Below, one piece after another: positions 25,330-41,179 of a DNA stretch of 64,000 nucleotides. Numbering within the stretch: the first letter of the stretch is position 1; each line of letters begins with the position of its first letter. Under the pieces are notes generated by a model. It had not been told where the DNA came from, did not search any database, and saw only the letters and a program-made list of their open reading frames with translations. The stretch is from the NCBI GenBank assembly GCA_951406725.2, contig OX597815.1, positions 111,538,001-111,602,000 of the forward strand, written 5' to 3'. A program made the translations under genes and the position numbers. The stretch comes from Octopus vulgaris. Taxonomy: Eukaryota.

Positions 25330-27765
25330 TAATGTGTGTGTGTATGTATGTGAATGCGTGATTGTGTATGTGGATGGGTAGATGTCAAAAAACAGACAGT
25401 GGTGAGGTGAGAGGTTTGTGTCTGTATGGTTGATTGTGCTTACTATAGAGAGAGGGAAATAGAGAGAGAAAGAGGAGGGCGAGGTAGAGGGACTAAGGCA
25501 ACAACCTCACTAGTTTGGGTAGTAGTTCTTTGAAAGTATAAAAAAGAAATTTATGACTGTAGGGGTGACATATATAAAAAAAGAAGTTATATTAATTAAA
25601 ATTCAAGGGGTTATCTATATTAATCATTATTTATATGAGTGAAAGGTGTGTTTTTGCCAGTGCATGCACTTGTGTGACTTCTCAACGATTGTATTTATTA
25701 AAGGGACTTTGGCGAGCAAAATATAAAAAAGTTCGGAATTACAGATGCCACAAAGTTTTCTGCCCTTATCAAACGGAAAGGATACCGACAATATGGACCA
25801 TTCCAGCTTGAAAGTTGTATTGCTGTCCTTCAGACGCCAAACTAATTTACTTAGTCCCGTGTTGTGTTGTTTTCTCTTATCTCGGATAGTTGAGTAATGA
25901 TTGGAGATCCTTTGAGCTAATTTAGAAGAAGTTGCTCCAATGTAGAAGAAGACATCGGTTCCAGAAGAAATGTTGCACTGGTAAATGGTGTTTCTAATTT
26001 TAGAATTTTTGGATAAGAACTTTAATCTGTTGGGGTTAACTTCCAATACTAAGACAGAGTTTTTATTGTTATGATAGGTGTAAATATTTTTGCTAGTATT
26101 GGCCACGATGTTATTCATCTTATTATCATTACTATTAATTGTAATATCGTCGGCAATTTCTCTGACTATAGGAATGCTGTGATTGTTATCATCAATAATA
26201 CAACTGTTATTAGAAATGCTGTTACTATTACCACTAACACCACCACTGTTAATAATCCGGCTAATGTTATTATCATTATTACTATTATTAACGCCATGTT
26301 GCTAATATCAATACTATTTATATTATTATTATTATTGTATGTTAGGTTGGAATTGGTAAGGGCAGTGTCACTACTCCTGGGTGATGAGTCCTTATTTAGC
26401 AGCTTATTATTATGGGAGGCAATTATCTGCGATAGATTTCTAGTGTTGGAGAATGCAATCCTCACCTTATGCGAATTGATAGTAGAGTAATACCTAGAAT
26501 TCCTGGGAAAGTTTCTAGCTACGGTTTCACGGAACTGTAAAGGGAGATTAGACCTGATTTGTTTCCCGAAAGGAATGACAAACCAGATATAGTTTTTTGG
26601 GGACTTAGGATGGCTCAGAGTGTTAACATTTACATTAAAAGGAGTATTTCTGTGTTGTAGAATTGGTGTTGGTTTTCGATTACCTCCCCTGGTCCGTAAA
26701 TTATTTTTGTTAATTATATTAGTGTCGACGTTGCTAGAGCTGAAATCATTAATTACATTATTTCTATTGTTATTAGTTTTCTTATCCTGAGGAGCAAATA
26801 TTAGTTTAGAGTGGGCCGGGTCGATATATGATACCTTATCCCTATAGCCGGCTTTTGACAAGGCGGCATTATAAAATTCCGCTTTTTGTTTAAAAACGGC
26901 GACATTCGCAGATAAATTTGATAGTGTTAAGGATATATTTTTAACTAAATTATCGGTGATAGTTTTTGCATGGTTACTGAAAATGCTGACATATTTAAGG
27001 TTAGTAGAAGGCTTATGGTAAGGGAAGTAAGAATTGTTATGCAGATTTAGGGTAACATCTAAGAAGTTGGCTTTAGTTAGTTCGTCGTCGAAAACTATGC
27101 TCATGCCCATTCTGCTAAAAAATCTAGCTAATTTGTTTTTAGTCTTCTGTATCATACTGTTCGGAGCATTCTGTAGGTAAAATAGACAATCGTCTCGATA
27201 CAGACCGCCGCAGATGTCCGGGAATTGGTCGGCTAATTCAAAGAGAATATAGATTCCGACCAAATCGGTTATCTGGGCGCTGTGTGAACTTCACATTGGC
27301 ACATCGAACGCGTTGGGGGTATCCTTACGGACCCATAACTTATCATCGAACTGTATGAAGGATTTTCTAGCCGCTAAAATTATATTAATTTCCTCCCTTG
27401 GGAGGCCTGCCTTATTATGTGCGTGCCATAGGGCCTTATTGAGTATACTAGGGTTGATCGAAGGGTACAAACTAGAAATATCGAATTGAATGAATTTTGT
27501 GCTGTTTTTATTAGAAATAGAAGAAAACCACTCTACGACTTGAGTGGAGTTAGACCATATGTTGAGTTTTAACTTATTGATTAATGTAGGTATGTATTTA
27601 TCTAAAATGCACTTACTAATGGAACCGATGTCAGAACTAGAGGGGCATATGTGCCTTAATGGTGGATTGGTGTGAAAATTTGGTTTGTGGTTCTTGACGA
27701 TGAATCTTGGTTGTCTTGGGTTCAGCGGTTGTGTTTTCATTTGTAATCCATACGTAGCCTTCGAA
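25330..27765 (-). mobile_element. 5'-truncated Naiad-like PLE (RT, Asn-rich linker, GIY-YIG, 3' UTR)
   Basis: Coding remnant below; the 3' UTR at 25370-25570 is homologous to 53861-54060. Confidence 0.85.
25627..27740 (-). pseudogene. PLE RT-GIY-YIG polyprotein with one premature stop (27291) and one frameshift (near 26295)
   Basis: KNHKPNF..PLRHICPSSSDIGSISK.ILD, FIQFDISSLYPSI, FDVPM*S, GGLYRDD, NFLDVTLNL, YHKP, SNH; EN: TIYQC..FYIGAT..RISNH..LSKLVWRLK..W.I..CGICNSE..KCMH. Confidence 0.88.
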
Positions 27766-27980
27766 ACATATGTCGAAAATAAAGGAATTTTGTTAATTCG
27801 TCGTTCACCTCCATTCTTTCATATATTTATATTTTTAAAATAAACATACAAATTTCCACACGAAAGCACGTAATCTATGCCCTAGGCACGAAATTTCAAC
27901 CGTGTTTTTCTGATGTGAATTTGCTACCCAGGTATCGGTTAATTCGAATTATCCTTAATAAGATAATTCATTCAACTACT

Positions 27981-28052
<72 letters not shown>

Positions 28053-29141
28053 TGTGTGTGTGTATACATATTTATACATGGGTTTGTGTGTGCGAATATT
28101 TGACGGCATGTGTTTGAATGTATTTTTTTATTTATATGCATATATCTTTGTGTGTGTAGCACTTGTATAAATAATATTCTGTTCAAGCCTTACAATAATT
28201 ACGAATGTAGGCGAGAAGTTATTTTTATTCTGATTATTCTGGATTTTATATATTTACATCACATAAGAGATGCAAATAGATCGATATTCTTTGCTTTGCA
28301 AAATAATAGAGATTGTTTCCTTTGAATGGTTCATACTATTCTAAAATGTCTCCCTTAATTTTCCTTTGCCAATGTTAGCCCCTTCACGCTAAGATGATTT
28401 ACGATATAAAGGATGTCTACAAAATGCTTAATGAAGTAAAAATGAATCAATGCATAGACGATATTCATCAGAGTTTGTTCAATAATGTTTATACGGTTCT
28501 ATTTTAGAATGAAGAAGATTATATTCTTACAAGATTACAACTAGTATCTTTTCTTTTTATCAATTTCTTTGACGTGAAAGATAGATGTTTCATAAATGTA
28601 TTCGACGCGCTTTGTGAAAGACTAAGCTATTTTCACAAATTCTTTGTCTGGATGAAGTAGCTAATGGAGTCTTTCTTTGTAACGAGTAAAGATGCTTTTT
28701 AGCGTCCGTTCACAATTCACTATTTGAATACTATTCGAAAGGCATTTAATTTCTTCATTGAATGTCTATGCCTTTAAGAATAGCACAACATTACTATGGG
28801 AATATATTTTCGACAATATCATGCAAGCGTAAAAGTAAAAGTATGTGCATAAAATGAAAGTGATATAATTTGGAAGCTATATGAAAGAACGAACAACTTT
28901 TAGAAATATGTGAATAATTTTATCTGTTTGAGGATAAGAAGCAAACTCATAAGTGTCTGGTCACTGAAAGCATGTATAATAGCTACATAAAATTTGCCCT
29001 AGTAAATCATTCACACACAAACACACACACAAACACACACAGATACCCACACACACACATACATATACATATATATGTATACATATATATATATATACAT
29101 ACATATATATATATATATATATACACATATATATATATAAC

Positions 29142-29303
29142 AGCCTTCTTTTAGTTTCCGACTACCACATTGATTCATAATGGTCGTCCTTGTAGCTCAG
29201 AGCTCAGTAAAAACACGTGCCGAAGGTTTTACGCAGTGGGACTGAACACGGAACTATATGGGTAGGAAGCGACCTTCTTGACACATAGACACGCCTGCGC
29301 CTA
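29142..29303 (-). mobile_element. Degraded SINE family A 5' portion
   Basis: cttcttttagtttccg...cgcagtgggactgaac...acgcctgcgcct. Confidence 0.6.
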
Positions 29304-29539
29304 TAATTTTTATGTATTATTAAAACATGATGGTAAATATAGAGTAAAACCAAAAATAATAATACATGAAATGAGGGCATCTTCTTTTACATCATTGTTG
29401 TATATATACTTATAGCCACCTGTATATAATATTCTTGGGTATATATATATATATATATATATATGTTTACATACATATATTTACATACATATATACATGT
29501 ATGCATCTATACATACATTCTTTTTGCCCCCCGAGGACA

Positions 29540-30150
29540 AAGAAATAAGAACACACTGTATAGTGGAAGCCATCACCAGTCATAATAAAAAGGATTGCTT
29601 GTGGAATGTCCCAGTGAAAACCACAATAAAATGTAAACACATGTTATAATGATTTGGGATACAAAGCAGAAAGTGAGGACAGCTTTAGAAATCAGCTACC
29701 CAGCAGATGTTAAGTTAAAGTTGAAGGTCAACGAAAAACTATTGAGAAATCTGCAGTCACACTGTCCAGATTACAAGTTCAGGTTTATACCAGTAACTGT
29801 TTGGGCACTGAGATATGTAACATATTGCCTAAATACCAGGTTTGAGAAATGAAATTTCTCAAAACTAGCATGGAGAAAGTTGATTCGAAGACTACAAGCC
29901 ATCACTGAAACTATAAAAATCTGTAAAACTTTCCTGACGTTTATCGTTTAAGTATATATGAGCATGTCTAGATATGCGAGTATATGCATGAGAAGATATA
30001 GATAAAGCAAAACATGTAAATCTACATGTATACATACATATGTACAAATTACACTATTGTTGATGTTGAAATCCCAATGAAAGAGCCTTGGATCTATGTT
30101 AGAAATCGGCTCTTTCTCTATTGACAAGAAATCTTGAAACAAAACTGAAT
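29540..30150 (+). mobile_element. 3' end of a REL-type non-LTR retrotransposon (same family as 36-290)
   Basis: WNVPVKTTIKCKH..IWD..EISYPADV..LLRNLQ..PDYKFRFIPVTVWAL..KLIRRLQ..IKICKTFL. Confidence 0.7.
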
Positions 30151-30238
30151 AATGTCATACATACATGCATACATGCATGCATACATATATACTTATATAC
30201 ATACATACATACATACATATATACATACATACATACAT

Positions 30239-30609
30239 GGTGGGTGCCCCCTCGTTATCGCGTATGGACATTGCACGAAGCTTAATCAATGTTGTTATCG
30301 TGCAATGCCTGTACGAGAAGTTTTTTTAAGTGAGAAAAGGCTGTGCACAGAGCCAATCCCACTCGCTAAGCAACAGCAGCCATAATCCGAAAAGAAGAAC
30401 AAGTCAACATCATCGATAAGCACTGCGTTGACTCTCAAGAGTACCTTCGCCCTTTAACGGGCTTTGTTTTTCATCCCACAGGGTATCCAAAAAACACCCT
30501 CTTCACCAAGAAAGCTTGGTGGGGTTGCCGATTTAGTCGCAGACGACCCGACCATGCAACAGGTTGTACTGGGTTACATGTTACCAGTAGCACTCGAAAG
30601 GGACCTGAC
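30239..30609. mobile_element. GC-richer interspersed-repeat fragment inserted into (TACA)n (possibly an RTE-like 5' region)
   Basis: Sharp boundaries with (TACA)n on both sides; family assignment is tentative. Confidence 0.4.
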
Positions 30610-31107
30610 ATACATACATACATACATACATACATACATACATACATACATACATACATACATGCATACATTCATGGGTAATTATGCTTAGACAAGATTT
30701 GTCGCAAGCAATATATTAGAAAGCAGGTAATAAACATTCACTGCTATTGCGCCCCACTGAATAAAAGAAACTTATTGGCAAGAGATAGAGTATTAGATTA
30801 AAATAAACATAATGGAAATAGATTGCTGGAACGTGAATGTACTGCTCTATTCGTTCGGAAATAATGTCTCTTGTAGGCGTCTAGTGTTTAGGAAGTATAC
30901 CAGGCTGGGGCAAATATAGTTCCTTCACTGGCGAATAGTTAGTATGCCATATGCATTTATGTTTTTTTGCGATTTTGTCAAGGACATGTACTCATTGCCA
31001 GCGATATGTTTTTTATTGGATTTGTCACTAATGTTACAGAGAAAAACGATACTAATTCTTATGGTGATGATGTGTTTAAAATCACATTTAATATATATGT
31101 AACCCCA

Positions 31108-31290
31108 GGCGGCGAGCTGGCAGAATAGTTAGCATTCTGGGCAAAATGTTTAGCACCATTTCGACCATCTTTACGTTCTGAAATCGAATGCCGTCAAAGT
31201 CGATTCTGCTTTTCAAACTTCTGGGGTCGATAAAATCGACTTACCTCTCTCCTTAATTTGCTGACATCGTGTCAAAAGTTAAAACTAGTA
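31108..31290 (+). mobile_element. SINE family B, degraded
   Basis: ggcggcgagctggcagaa...ggggtcgataaa. Confidence 0.7.
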
Positions 31291-32253
31291 TATATATAGC
31301 CTACACTCAAAAACCGGGCTCCGTTCTACATTTTGAATCGGACATTGCAGAATTTCATTCAGCCCCTGCATGTTTGTCTCTCTTAAAGGGACTAGTCGTT
31401 ATATGTTGTCTGTTTCAGAGAGACCTGGTCTGAAGAACATTCAGAAGTACAAAGAACACCCAACCTAGATTACGTCAATTCTAGTTAATAACAGACGAAC
31501 GTCGTTCATTCATTCAGATATATATGTCTACATACGTATACATAGATATACGTGCGCGCTCACATTCATATTTGTGAATATGTGTGCACATATATAAGCA
31601 CATGTACACGCAGAACTAGATTGCGGATAAACCGCAGTGTTTTTCTAATGCAGCACTCGAAAAGAACTACTAGCTATCTACACTTCAGTAGTAGTACTTT
31701 AAAAAAAAGAGAATTACCAGTTTACTGCTACGTGAACTCAATATGCATCAGAGGAGGAACTAGTGTGTAAGTATTTCAAAGAGCATTATAAAGGATAATG
31801 AAGATGACGAAAGATGAATAATATTAATTTATTAGCGACGGAACCGTATTATACTTTTTACCTACCTCACCTGATATTTGCGAAACCAGTGACTGATTAA
31901 TCGCTGTTTTTTCTACACCTCTGAAGAAATGAAGTTTCTCTGGCATGCAGTGATAGCGGTTACCTACAGCTCATGGCACGCAAACACGTAAAAATCATGT
32001 TACGTTGCAGTTTCAATGCTACTGATAAAGATTGTTTTGCCTGCCACGCATACGTCGATTATTTTCAGCGCTATACGTCTATACGAAGAAGAGTAATGGT
32101 GCATTATGTCATTCATTCTTACAAATAGGGTTGTTGATGTCGATTATGTCGTTCCCATTGCTCAACTTGTACTTATTTAATCAACCCCCGAAAAAAGGAA
32201 AAGTATAGTTACTCTCGACAGCGATTGAATTTTGAATAATAATAATAATGATG

Positions 32254-32317
<64 letters not shown>

Positions 32318-32318
32318 T

Positions 32319-32955
32319 CTCTATTCCTGGGAACACTGAGTAAAAATCTTGAGAAGTACATGCAACAAATAGGGGCTGCAATAAGTGTGGATCACTTGCA
32401 GGAAAAAGCGCGGCTTCGAACTGCTCGAATACACTGAAAGGTGCTCAAAAACAAAGGGGTGTACTTTAGTTCACTGAAAGAATTCAGACAAAAAACATCC
32501 CCCTTCATTGATATGATGGTCCCAATCAATATAACTGTCAAGACCTCCCAAAACTGAGCAAATATAAAGATTTTGCAATAGAAATAAGCAAAATGTGGAA
32601 CCTGAAGACGAAACCAATACCTGTTGTCATAGGTGCCCTGGGAATGATAGCAAAATGGGCTGATTGCTACCTAACTCAGATACCAGGAAATCGAAGAATG
32701 GCAGAAATTCGAAAGATAGTGCTCATGGGAACTGCTCATATCCTACGTAAAATATTTTCTATATAATCTCAAGTTTTAAAACAAATATAATTTTCTTATG
32801 GTTTCTTAAACATTCACTAGTACAACACTAAGTACAAAGCCAAATATATGGCACCCTAGGCATAACACCAACATGAACTTCCAACTTGTCTCTTGAGGTC
32901 TCTGCGTGAGACTTGGCGCCAAGTTGTACAAATGTAAAGCAAAAGTCAAACATAT
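32319..32955 (+). mobile_element. Two short 3' fragments of R4/Dong-like REL LINEs between (AAT)n arrays
   Basis: First fragment V.HLQEKARLRTARI; second KLSKYKDFAIEISKMWNLKTKPIPVVIGALGMI...IRKIVLMGTAHILRK. Confidence 0.7.
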
Positions 32956-32964
32956 AGTAATAAC

Positions 32965-34638
<1,674 letters not shown>

Positions 34639-36297
34639 TGCAGACTAATAAACGTTCCCACTGATAAAATTTATTTGTAAGGGAATTTGAAAAATTAAGT
34701 AAACATAAGGACCCAAGTGGCATTTCTTTTATCGACCCCGAAAGATGAAAGGCAAATTGACCTCAGCGTTGATATCATAATGCCCCATAGAGAAACAACA
34801 TCGGTAATCAATTCGAAGGCATAGGGATGACTAAAAATGGAATATAAGTGAATGTATGTTAGGAAATCGTAAATGCCGAAACCATAGTTTAGGATTATTG
34901 GTTAAGACACCAACGTACCTCGAAATGTAACTTACAAACAAACATATGCATAAAACGCTCAAGATTAATGGTTAAAAATCCATAAATTTGAAGGAGAAAA
35001 TCTTAAACTAAATGGACAATCTATTTCCGTGAATGGAGAATATTACCTTACACTTAATGCTAATGAAATAAGTTTTAATTGTAAGCGGGTTAAATGAAAA
35101 AATGGTCATTCGGTTACCGGCATGAATTGTAAAGAATACGGTTATCCATAACCGGCATGTAATGGATGACTTCAATACCAGTAAAAGAAGAATTAAAATG
35201 TGTTCCGGCCGGTACAGCTCAAGTGATGAATACATAATTTAGAAATTTAGGAATTTAGAAAAATTCGGTGTGGCATAAGTTACAAGGATACACTATAAAA
35301 CAATATATCGGAATAAATTAATAAATTACTATAAGTGTACACAATTTGATGCAGAAGTAGTTGAATATATGGTGTATGGATAAGATTACATTGATATAAA
35401 GTATAAGGATATAGAAGTATATAAACATTAGAAAAATGACAACTGTACAAATCTCCTTATGAAATTGCACAAAGACCCACTGTCAGACATAAAATAAAGA
35501 AATAACAAAATAATTAATAACAAAATATGCAGATATGAAATGTATAAAAATATTAAAAAATATCATAAAATATAAGTATAGATATCAAAAAGATATCTAC
35601 TAATTCTATGATAGGAGCAACAAGAATGTGAAGGATTGGATATATGGGTCTATAGAGAATACATCTATAGCCTAGAGGGTGTAATGATAGGGCATATAAA
35701 ATATAAACGATTAACCTAGAAGAATATGAACTTAACCCACATGAATTTCACTTGATCTGATATCCTGAAACGTTATTATTATTAATTTAATCAAGAAAAA
35801 CGGTGAATTGTTGTGAAGGAGTCTCGATGTCAAAGACAGATATTGAATTTTAAGACTAGCATTTCTGATACACGATGAAAAAAGAAATAAACAAGAAAGA
35901 AATGGGGATAATGAAATCTTAGCAAAAGTTCTATCGCACTTCTGCGGGCATCTAATTAAAATTTATTGCCCGTAACTTCTCTTCTTTTACCTACTCACAT
36001 TACAACCCTAGACACCAGTTTATCATTTTATTGCCCTCGGGGTTTTTTCTTCCACCACCATTATAATCATCCATATACGCCTACTCATCTTTTTTGATCT
36101 TCGATCTCATTGTTGGTTTACATCTGAAGTTTTGATACGAAACATCGTAACAAAAATCGCTGCTGGCTCTAATCTCAATAGAATATGAGAAGTGATAACC
36201 TTAACAAGTGATATATATATGTATGTATTATATATGTATATATATATAATATATATATATACATATATATATATAGTTATATATATATATATATAAG

Positions 36298-36334
<37 letters not shown>

Positions 36335-36394
36335 ACATATATATAAGCAAACATGCACAAACACAGACGTACATATATACATACATATTTAATG

Positions 36395-36426
<32 letters not shown>

Positions 36427-36781
36427 GAGAGAGAGAATAGACCAACATACATATATATATATATATAGACGTGCGTATATATTTACATATTTGTGAGTGT
36501 ACATATACGTCTTGTTTGCTAAATTGTGAAACCTTAATTGTGAAACCTGAATTGAAATCGAAATACCAAAATACAAATCTATAACTTGAATTCCCATTTC
36601 CAAAATAGAAATGTAGAACTCCAGCTCTAATTTATGATATTTAGGAAGTAAATGTACACATATCCGCGTATTTCCTTGAATTTCGTCCAGATGTTATATA
36701 TATATATACTTACGTTTCCGATTTGGTTTGCAACATTCTTAATGCGAGTTCGTGTGTCGAAGCATATTTTCATGTGTCTCG

Positions 36782-37082
36782 GGAGAGTTATTCTCTTTTA
36801 CTGGCTTATTATTTAACACACCCAGCGGTAAAGTTTCCGCTCATTGACTTATTTATTTTACCTAGAATTTGCGTTGCGTCTTTTAAAATTTTCAATGGAC
36901 ATTGTCTCTCTTTAAAAGTGTGTGAGACAGTGGCAGTGGTGTCAGAATTGGGAGAATTCAACGAGAGTTAACGACTATTGAAAAAGTTGCAAGACGCAAC
37001 GAAAAGTTTAGAAAAAAAAAATCAGTGGACACTTTACCGGTGAGTGTGTTAAATAATAAGGCACAAAAGAGAATGACTCTCC
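36782..37082. repeat. Diverged inverted repeat, about 110-bp arms (36782-36896 / 36977-37082); MITE-like
   Basis: ggagagttattctctttt..cttattatttaacacac..cggtaaagt..cgttgcgtctt versus its reverse complement on the right. Confidence 0.75.
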
Positions 37083-37100
37083 GCAATAACAACAATGTAT

Positions 37101-37229
<129 letters not shown>

Positions 37230-37502
37230 GGCCAATCTACCTACTTATATTTCTATCTATCTGTCTCCATTGTCACGGAACCTCACCCCAAAAAACAAAA
37301 CGTTCTTCATTTCTAAACAAAACACGCCCAAAACATCTATTTTATATAAATGAACAAGTTGTTTGTACATCAAAAATATTTTATTTGGCAAGTTCTAGAA
37401 ACGAACGAAAGAATTAATAATAATGAAGAAATAAAGAGATTTTAAACCAAAATTCTGATGAACTTTTTTCTCAATATTCAATTTCTGTACACCACACCTG
37501 AC

Positions 37503-37595
<93 letters not shown>

Positions 37596-37605
37596 TTATA
37601 TATAA

Positions 37606-37657
<52 letters not shown>

Positions 37658-37668
37658 TATATATATTA

Positions 37669-38310
37669 AATAATAAGGGTAGAAATTGATGTTAACCAAT
37701 TAAAACCAGTGGCTTAGCATATCTAAAAATCCGTAGATTAACAATTGTGTTACATACAAAATTAAAAGGAATGACCACTAAAGTGGACACCCTATAAGCT
37801 GAACATAGACGTCAAATCGCCCTTACCACGAAGAATGAGTTCTCAAGAAAAAAATCTGAGCAAAACGTCAGAATGTAAAAATGAGGAAGGAAAATGAAAA
37901 AAATACGAAAAAAAACCGATTACCTCCGTACCATTGGTTTCACTTGGTAATATCTACGTATATAGAAACATGCAGATATCTGCAAGATCATCAGTGTAGT
38001 CTGTCGCTTCCAAAACACAATTTCCAGAACTAGATACAGAACGCCCAACCGAAATCGAGCATGTATGATGTTCTACAATTTATATTTGGGTGTATTTTTT
38101 CAAATGCCTTCATTTGGCGCGCTCATGCCGGAAAATTACTGTGCAGTTAATAAATTTCAGCAGCCAATTTACCGGTTAGAGAACATTTATTTTATTTAAA
38201 ATAGAATAATAAGGGTAGAAATTGATGTTAACCAATTAAAAGCAGTGGCTTAACATATTTAAAAATCCGAAGATTAAAAATTGTGTTACATACAAAATTA
38301 AGAGGAATGA
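37669..38310 (-). mobile_element. Partial-tandem PLE pLTR remnant: about 105-bp direct repeats (37669-37774 / 38205-38310) enclosing a degenerate HHR
   Basis: Direct repeat aataataagggtagaaattgatgttaaccaattaaaa...ggaatga; minus strand CTGATGA t cttg...caag t GAAA ccaatgg TA at 37922-37990. Confidence 0.6.
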
Positions 38311-39856
38311 TCTCTGAAAAGTTTCTGCTTGACGTGCCAATCGTTGCAACATATGTGCAAAGGTGTGTAGATACGTAGAGGGTCTGAAAATCCACAACAA
38401 TGTCCTTCATAATTAAGAGTACAATGGAGTGCTGGCATTGCTCTAAATTGCGTTGCAGTCATCATGTATATTAGAAACACTTACTGCAAAAGAATACGCA
38501 TCACAGCATAAACAAGCCGAGAAAAGGAAAATATTTCCAGATATTATAGAATTCTACCACATAAACAGATATAGAAGTAATAGTAATTTTGCAATACTAA
38601 GTTACAGGGTGAAATCAGCTAATACAAATTAAATACTGGAGGGAAAATCGTTGTAACTATGAGTTGCACTACATAATACAAAAATATTGAAGCCAAAACA
38701 ATTCCATATCCTAAAGATGAGGCTGTGGCAATCTGAAACATCAAAATTGATGAATTTAGTAACTTTATTATCCAAAATTATAGTGGTTTGTTGCACGGTT
38801 ACGAGAAAATTTAATAAAAGTATTAAAACAGAACAGTCATGATTTCACTACATATTTAAGAGTAAAGCCATTCCCGTAATATATACACTGAGACCCACAC
38901 AGACCCACAGACACTGATTTACGTGCAAAAACAATCACATGTGATAATATAGGAATTTACTTTAAACATTGCAACACTATTATTTCTAATACTATTCAAG
39001 AATGAAGCGAAAGGAAATATGTGAGGTAATGGGAATGAATGAAAGTTAAGAGAAAAGAATTTGTATTAACTTAGGTTTCTAAAGGTCTTATAGTATTTAA
39101 ATAATATTAGAGTTTTCAAATAGAGAAAAGAAATATTGAATGAGGATATTTTCATTAAACAACGTAAACTAGAAATCAACAAATATTTTCTGACACTTAT
39201 TTCTCATACCACAACAAAATATTTACCGCACTCTTTCGTATAATATACCCTATTTAAACGGAGAACTCTTTGAAATTCCTTACCAACAGACTAACCTTAC
39301 AATAAAGTTCATCTTTTTAGACATCCCCAATTTGATTTCAAGTCATATAATCATGTCCTGCTGCAGTCACAACACAAATCCCACTTCTTCTATAAGAAGG
39401 ATACTAATAGAGACGAATTTCTATTAGTATCCTACTTTCATTGTATTTTACCATGAAAAGACAAGATAGTACCAATCTACGATTTTTAGACTTAATTATC
39501 GGAGTTCTAATTCACTCTCTCGTACCATAACTATCATAAATTTTGAAATGCAGTCTCTTCCTCCTCTTTAATCTTAAGTGTATGTTGCACTCGCATTTCA
39601 TTCGTTTAATTGCTTTAATTTACTTTTCCTTGAACTCAAACCATGCTGTTCACATTTCAATTCCTAGTGTAATAAAACGAATGACATAAAGATACATGCA
39701 TTATTATCCATACATCATCTTTAGACTTTGATAAGGAGCCGCTCAGACTCCAGCTTATATTCTTCACCTCTGACGAGCTCACTAACCCATATGGTGTCTA
39801 TAAATCTCATCTTACCTCTAACCTCTAACTAAACTCTTAATGTACTTATGCCCTAA

Positions 39857-40441
39857 GGCGGCGAGCTGGCAGAACCGTTAGCGCACCGGGCGAAATGCTT
39901 AGCGGTATTTCATCCGCCGTTACGTTCTGAGTTCAAATTTCATCGAGGTCGACTTTGCTTTTCATCCATTCGGGGTCGATAAATTATGTACTGGGATCGA
40001 TGTAATCGACTTAAACCCTTTGTCTGTCTTTATTTGTTCCCTCTATGTTTAGCCCCTTGTGGGAAATAGAGAAATAAGAAACGTTAGCACGCCAGGCGAA
40101 ATGCTTAGCGGTATTTCGTCTGCCGTTACGTTCTGAGTTCAAATTCCGCCGAGATCAACTTTGCCTTTCATCTTTTCGGGGTCGATAAATTAAGTACCAG
40201 TTACGCACTGGGGTCAATGTAATCGACTTAATCCGGTTGTCTGTCCTTGTTTGTCCTCTCTGTGTTTAGCCCCTTGTGGGTAGTAAAGAAATAGGTATTT
40301 CGTCTGTCTTTACGTTCTGAGTTCAAATTCCACCGAGATCGACTTTACCTTTCATCCTTTCGAGTTCGATAAATTTAGTACCATTTGCGTACTGGGGTCC
40401 ATCCCCCAAAATTTCCGGCCTTGTGCCTAGAGTAGAAAAGA
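39857..40441 (+). mobile_element. SINE family B, three head-to-tail progressively truncated units
   Basis: ttacgttctgagttcaaatt..gag.tc.actttg..tttcatc..ttcg..gtcgataaatt occurs three times. Confidence 0.8.
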
Positions 40442-40974
40442 ATGTACTTACACCCCTTAATCGTCAGTACTGCCTATGTTTGTTTCTCCCATTCCAGGCC
40501 AGCTTTGACAGGCAAATAGGTGCTTCCCACTGCGTTCATGGATTGTTGTTCTATTGTTTTGAAATTACATGTATCATATGAAAACGGTTTTTATTATGAT
40601 GTCATGTACTCATTCATCTATTAAAAATGCGTTAGAAATAGCAGTAATTAACTGACATTTACCCATCGCTTGTTATTTATTTATTTCCTTGTAATACCCC
40701 AAAATGGATGCACGACCCGTCGGACATCATAGAGTATACCAAACACTATGCGATCAATATAACGTGCGCTTTGGACCAGCTCCAAGGCAGGGGTAAATTT
40801 TCGGTGCACACAACCTGAATATTTTACTGAATGTACTCCAGTGCTCAGTATATCTATTCTAATCTAGTGCATATAATTTAAATACCAGACTCCTTAATAT
40901 TGATATTTTATATGTATGTATGTATGTACGTATGTATGTATGTATGTGTGTATCTATGTATATGTGTGTATACG

Positions 40975-41044
<70 letters not shown>

Positions 41045-41047
<3 letters not shown>

Positions 41048-41179
41048 TTTTATTCTTTTGCCTGTTTCAGTCATTTGACAGTGGGCATGCTGGAGCACCG
41101 CCTTTAGTAGACCAAATAGACCTTACGACTTAATTCTTTGTAAGCCTAGTGCTTATTCTATCGGTCTCATTTGCCCAAC

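Noticed and set aside
27291-27293. In-frame TGA in the Naiad-like RT as possible selenocysteine
   Set aside because: It replaces the conserved Gly of the FDV.MGS motif (GGA to TGA, one substitution), not a Cys; no SECIS-like element was recognised.
30070-30120. HHR-like string in the REL LINE 3' UTR (ccaatga..gaaatcgg)
   Set aside because: Too many core deviations and no stem I.
30520-30609. HDV-like ribozyme on the minus strand
   Set aside because: A P4-like hairpin and cagg/cctg pairing exist, but P1/P1.1 cannot be built.
31400-31490. Possible host exon after ttgtctgtttcag (a similar site lies near 24017)
   Set aside because: Acceptor-like sequence only; short frame, no recognisable protein, no donor evidence.
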